This document shows, one piece after another, positions 60,385 to 64,000 of a stretch of 64,000 nucleotides of DNA. Numbering within the stretch: position 1 is the first letter of the stretch; the number at the start of each line of letters is the position of its first letter. A model generated the notes under the pieces. That model was not told the DNA's origin. It saw only the letters and a program-made list of their open reading frames with translations, and searched no databases. The stretch is from a virus. The stretch is from positions 1-64,000 of the IMG/VR virus record IMGVR_UViG_3300003177_000010; one strand, written 5' to 3'. The position numbers and the translations under genes are program-made.

Positions 60385-61529
60385 TGTTAATTGAAATATT
60401 AGGAAAATTTTTTGATAATCACTCTCTGAGTATTATAAATAGAAACTTAGCAATAGGGCTACATAACGCAGGAGTTGCTGTACAAATTATAGCTATTGAT
60501 TCTTATGACCACGAATTTAAAGTAGACAAAGAATCAGTAAAAATATTACAAAAGTTACGTAAGTCTACCGATAAAGTACCAGATATACAAGTTAGACATA
60601 CTTACCCACCAATATGGCAGTGGCCAGAAAATAAAAAAACTAAAATAGTATTTATTCAGCCATGGGAGTTCCCTAAAGTACCTTTTGAATGGCAGTATAA
60701 ATTTGAGTCATTTGCAGATGCTTTAATAGTACCAAGTTCTACTAATGCTGAAGTATTTATAAAAGGGGGCTTACGCAGTGATAAAGTTTTTGTAGTACCT
60801 AACGGGTATGACGACAAAATTTTTAAAAGTGGTAGATCAACAAGTTCTTATGTTGAGGAATCTAAATTTAATTTTGTATATGTAGGAAATTCACAGTGGA
60901 GAAAAGGGTTAGATATACTGCTGAATGCGTGGCATAAATGTTTTAAGTCTTATGATAATGCAAGACTAATTATAAAAGATAACCCAAGGGTATATGGAGA
61001 TAGTAATATAATTAATGAAATCATCCGTATGCAATATAAAACTTCTTGTGCTCCTATTACTTATATAGATAGTGATTTATCTGTAGAGGATATGGCTGAT
61101 TTATATAGTAGCTGTTCTGTTATTGTGCATCCTTACAGGGCTGAAGGCTTCGGTATGCATATACAAGAAGCAGTAGCTTCTGGGTGTTTTCCTATTATTC
61201 CTAATAAAGGGCCTACTAATGACTTTATACCAGATGACTGTAGTATAAAAATAGATACTACTGCTACACCTATTAATATTGCAGATGCTAATATATTTGC
61301 TATGAAGCCAGGAGACTCAAGTACCTTAATGGGCACTCATACATTTATTGATGAGCCTTCTGAGCAATCTCTAGAAAAAGCACTTATGTATTTATATCAC
61401 AGCCATGAAAGAGATAAGATAGTTAGTAAAGTAAAGGGTATATCTACACTTAATACATGGGACAAAGTTATAAAGCAATACATTGATGTGTTTAACAAAA
61501 TAAGTAACAACCAGGTAAGGAGAACATAA
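60384..61529 (+). CDS. GT4 (GT-B) glycosyltransferase
   Basis: VPS, VPNG.D, RKG.D.L, EGFGM..QEA. Confidence 0.9.
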   Translation: MLIEILGKFFDNHSLSIINRNLAIGLHNAGVAVQIIAIDSYDHEFKVDKESVKILQKLRKSTDKVPDIQVRHTYPPIWQWPENKKTKIVFIQPWEFPKVPFEWQYKFESFADALIVPSSTNAEVFIKGGLRSDKVFVVPNGYDDKIFKSGRSTSSYVEESKFNFVYVGNSQWRKGLDILLNAWHKCFKSYDNARLIIKDNPRVYGDSNIINEIIRMQYKTSCAPITYIDSDLSVEDMADLYSSCSVIVHPYRAEGFGMHIQEAVASGCFPIIPNKGPTNDFIPDDCSIKIDTTATPINIADANIFAMKPGDSSTLMGTHTFIDEPSEQSLEKALMYLYHSHERDKIVSKVKGISTLNTWDKVIKQYIDVFNKISNNQVRRT

Positions 61530-61686
61530 TGAAAGATAGTATTTTACTAAAGTGTAAAAACAAAATTGAAATTATAGAGTTAGCTACAATTCAAGGGTTC
61601 GACCAAGGTGCTATAGATAAGCTTATAGCACGGTGGGTAGAGCTAAAAAAAGTAAAGAATAAAAAGAAAAATAAGTCTATTAATTA

Positions 61687-61956
61687 ATGGACAAGGATTT
61701 TGGCGTTGCATTCCATAAACCTAATGGGAATGCAGTAAAAGTAACAATAAATGAGTTTAGAGATATATTATATCTACACATACGAGAATATATGATGGAT
61801 GGGGATACAGGCACTTGGTTCCCCACTAAAAGTGGTTTTTCTATGCATGCAGATGAGGTAACATCTTTAATACCTTTATTAGAAGAAGCAGGCCATTTAA
61901 TAGCTAAAAGGTACGAGCATTCTACACAACTAACATTGCCTTTGGAGTATAAATGA
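61687..61956 (+). CDS. PC4-like ssDNA-binding/coactivator protein (as in T5)
   Basis: VTINEFR...YLHIREY.......W.PTK.G. Confidence 0.85.
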   Translation: MDKDFGVAFHKPNGNAVKVTINEFRDILYLHIREYMMDGDTGTWFPTKSGFSMHADEVTSLIPLLEEAGHLIAKRYEHSTQLTLPLEYK

Positions 61957-62264
61957 GTTTAAAAGCCTGGGAAGATAAAGACACAGAGAAATTAATAGAC
62001 TTGTACGTAAATAGAAAAGAACAAGATGTACACAAGTTAGCTAAGGTATTTAATAAAGGCTATAGAAGTGTTATAAGTAAATTAGTACAATTAAAGATAT
62101 ACGAAAAGCCTATTAATACTATAGAAAAAGCACCTACAGTTAAAATGATGGTATTAGAAATAGAAGGCATGTTTGGTATTCAACTTAACGGATATAACCT
62201 AAATAATAAGCAAAACCTAACTATATTGTTAAAAGAGTTAAAAAAGCGGTATTGTAGTGATTAA
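61953..62264 (+). CDS. T5 D3-like HTH protein
   Basis: W....T.KLI..Y...LA..F.K..RSVISKLV...IY. Confidence 0.65.
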   Translation: MSLKAWEDKDTEKLIDLYVNRKEQDVHKLAKVFNKGYRSVISKLVQLKIYEKPINTIEKAPTVKMMVLEIEGMFGIQLNGYNLNNKQNLTILLKELKKRYCSD

Positions 62265-62334
62265 ATGTAATTAATTATTGCTAACTACTAATATTAAGTA
62301 TAATATAGGTATATACACATAAGGCTATAAATTT

Positions 62335-64000
62335 ATGAACTATATCACTTTAAAGAAACTAGTACAAAAACACTGCGATTTATACTACGATCAGTCAGTG
62401 CCTAGCATATCAGATGCAGACTTCGATGCTCTATACGATAAGCTGGAAGAGGTAGAAAAAGCACAAGGATGGCAGGCTATTGATTCCCCCACAGTAAAAG
62501 TTGGAGGCATAGCAGGTAAGGTGCAACACCCATTTAAGTTGTACTCTCTACAAAAAGTATACAATGTAGAAGAAGTGCCCTCTAATTTTAGTATAGAAAC
62601 CCCAAAAATAGACGGTACTAATATAACTCTAGTGTATAAGTTGGGGCGCTTATCGGCTGCTCTAACACGAGGCAATGGAGAAATGGGGGATAATGTTTTA
62701 CACCTAGTAAAGCACATAAAAAATATACCTAAAACTATAAAATCTTCGTGGAAAATAGTAGTAATAAATGGCGAGTGTGTTACTAATAAAAAAGTAGATA
62801 ATTTTAGGAACTACGTATCTGGCGCCTTAGGGCTGAAGTCGGAAGAGGAATTTAAAAATAGAGATATTTTATTTATTGCACACGATTTATTAGGCGTAAC
62901 TTTAGATTACACTACTAGAATGAAATTAGTTAGTGCTATGGGTATAACTACAGTTATGGATCCTATTGCAGATAAGTATCCGCAAGATGGTAGAGTATTT
63001 AGAATTGATAGTTATAACAAATCTGTCACTTTAGGGTATACTTCTAAATACCCTAAATTTGCAATAGCATTAAAAGAGAGAGAAGTTACTGTTGCTATAT
63101 CTACCTTGCAGGAAGTAATATGGACAGTAGGGAGAACAGGAACAGTAAACCCTACTGGTATTATCAGCCCAGTGGTTTTAGATGATGCTACAATAACTAG
63201 AGTAACTTTACATAACATCCGTATAATAGAGGATAATAGTCTAGGCATAGGGGATACTATAAAAGTAGAAAGAGCAGGAGGAGTTATACCTAAATTTCTG
63301 GAAGTTATAGAGCATTCGAAACATAACATTAAAATAAGTAAAATTGATGCAGAGAAGCAAGTTAATCTAGAGCTAGTTAGAAAAGGGCCTACACTTGTTG
63401 TTAAGAATTCTAGTGATGTAAATCAAGCTAAAGTAGTAGAGCATTTTGTTAAAACTATGGAAATTAAAGGGTTAGGCCCTGCATCCATAAACAAAATGAA
63501 TATTACTCATATAAGCCAACTATATAGCAGTAACACTAAGTGGGATCAATTAGGAGCAAACGGGCAAAAAATACTTCAAGAAGTATATAAGTCTAGATTA
63601 AAACCATATAGTATTGTGTTAGCTGCTTTAGGTATAAAAGGGGTAGGTAGGGCAGCAGCTAAGGTTATAGTTAATAAAATACCTGCATTTATACATCTAA
63701 AGGATATTGAGTACACAGAAGTTAAAGGAGTAGGCCCCGCTACTATTAATTCTATACTTAGTTTTTTGGAGGATAATGAGGACTGGGTACTGAAGTTACC
63801 TCTACAATTGAGGCAAGAATTATTAATTTCAGATATATTAGATGAACCTACTAAGAAAGTATGCATTACAGGTAAAATGGATATTACTAGAAAAGAGCTA
63901 AGTGATGAATTAGAAATTCTAGGGTACAAAACTACATCTACTGTTACTAAAGATTGCTATGCATTGATAACAGGTGGGGATACTAGCTCTTCTAAGTATA
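62335..64000 (+). CDS. ligA: NAD-dependent DNA ligase (partial, runs off window)
   Basis: YY...P.ISD..FD.L, PKIDG, TRGNG..G, GE, RN, DG.V, A.K, VGRTG.V.P, TLHN, RAG.VIP, BRCT VCITG. Confidence 0.95.
   Translation, partial: MNYITLKKLVQKHCDLYYDQSVPSISDADFDALYDKLEEVEKAQGWQAIDSPTVKVGGIAGKVQHPFKLYSLQKVYNVEEVPSNFSIETPKIDGTNITLVYKLGRLSAALTRGNGEMGDNVLHLVKHIKNIPKTIKSSWKIVVINGECVTNKKVDNFRNYVSGALGLKSEEEFKNRDILFIAHDLLGVTLDYTTRMKLVSAMGITTVMDPIADKYPQDGRVFRIDSYNKSVTLGYTSKYPKFAIALKEREVTVAISTLQEVIWTVGRTGTVNPTGIISPVVLDDATITRVTLHNIRIIEDNSLGIGDTIKVERAGGVIPKFLEVIEHSKHNIKISKIDAEKQVNLELVRKGPTLVVKNSSDVNQAKVVEHFVKTMEIKGLGPASINKMNITHISQLYSSNTKWDQLGANGQKILQEVYKSRLKPYSIVLAALGIKGVGRAAAKVIVNKIPAFIHLKDIEYTEVKGVGPATINSILSFLEDNEDWVLKLPLQLRQELLISDILDEPTKKVCITGKMDITRKELSDELEILGYKTTSTVTKDCYALITGGDTSSSKY

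Noticed and set aside
62391-63929. Minus-strand ORFs
   Set aside because: Antisense shadows of ligA

Overview
This is a 64 kb segment of a large, AT-rich lytic dsDNA phage with a T5-like layout. A long minus-strand accessory and tRNA region (about 0.6-52.8 kb) switches at about 52.85 kb to a plus-strand block ending in PC4-like, T5 D3-like and NAD-dependent ligase genes. The host is probably an alphaproteobacterium, based on a two-piece permuted tmRNA, a tRNA-His with A73 and no G-1, and a ROSE-type hsp20 leader. I read 25 tRNA genes covering every amino acid except Ala, several with 8/4 or otherwise non-canonical folds, plus a tmRNA, a type I hammerhead ribozyme and many unexplained structured RNAs. 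Translation and RNA-repair genes include RtcB, TilS, an RlmN-like radical SAM enzyme, S21, ClpP, phosphoesterases and a broken Pth2-like gene. There are also NAD salvage genes (NAMPT and NadM-Nudix), macro and NADAR hydrolases, rmlC/rmlD, and an 8-gene amino-sugar/glycosyltransferase operon. The best novel-system candidate is a ribosome-dependent attenuator at the head of the tRNA array. It has a sigma70 promoter, a 24-codon leader peptide using 15 different amino acids, an antiterminator and an intrinsic terminator, so tRNA transcription may be switched on by translational stalling. A repeated palindromic promoter cassette (TTAAACGAAGTTTAA) supplies the same LNEV-stop end to three unrelated genes. 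All calls come from reading motifs by eye; no searches or folding programs were run.
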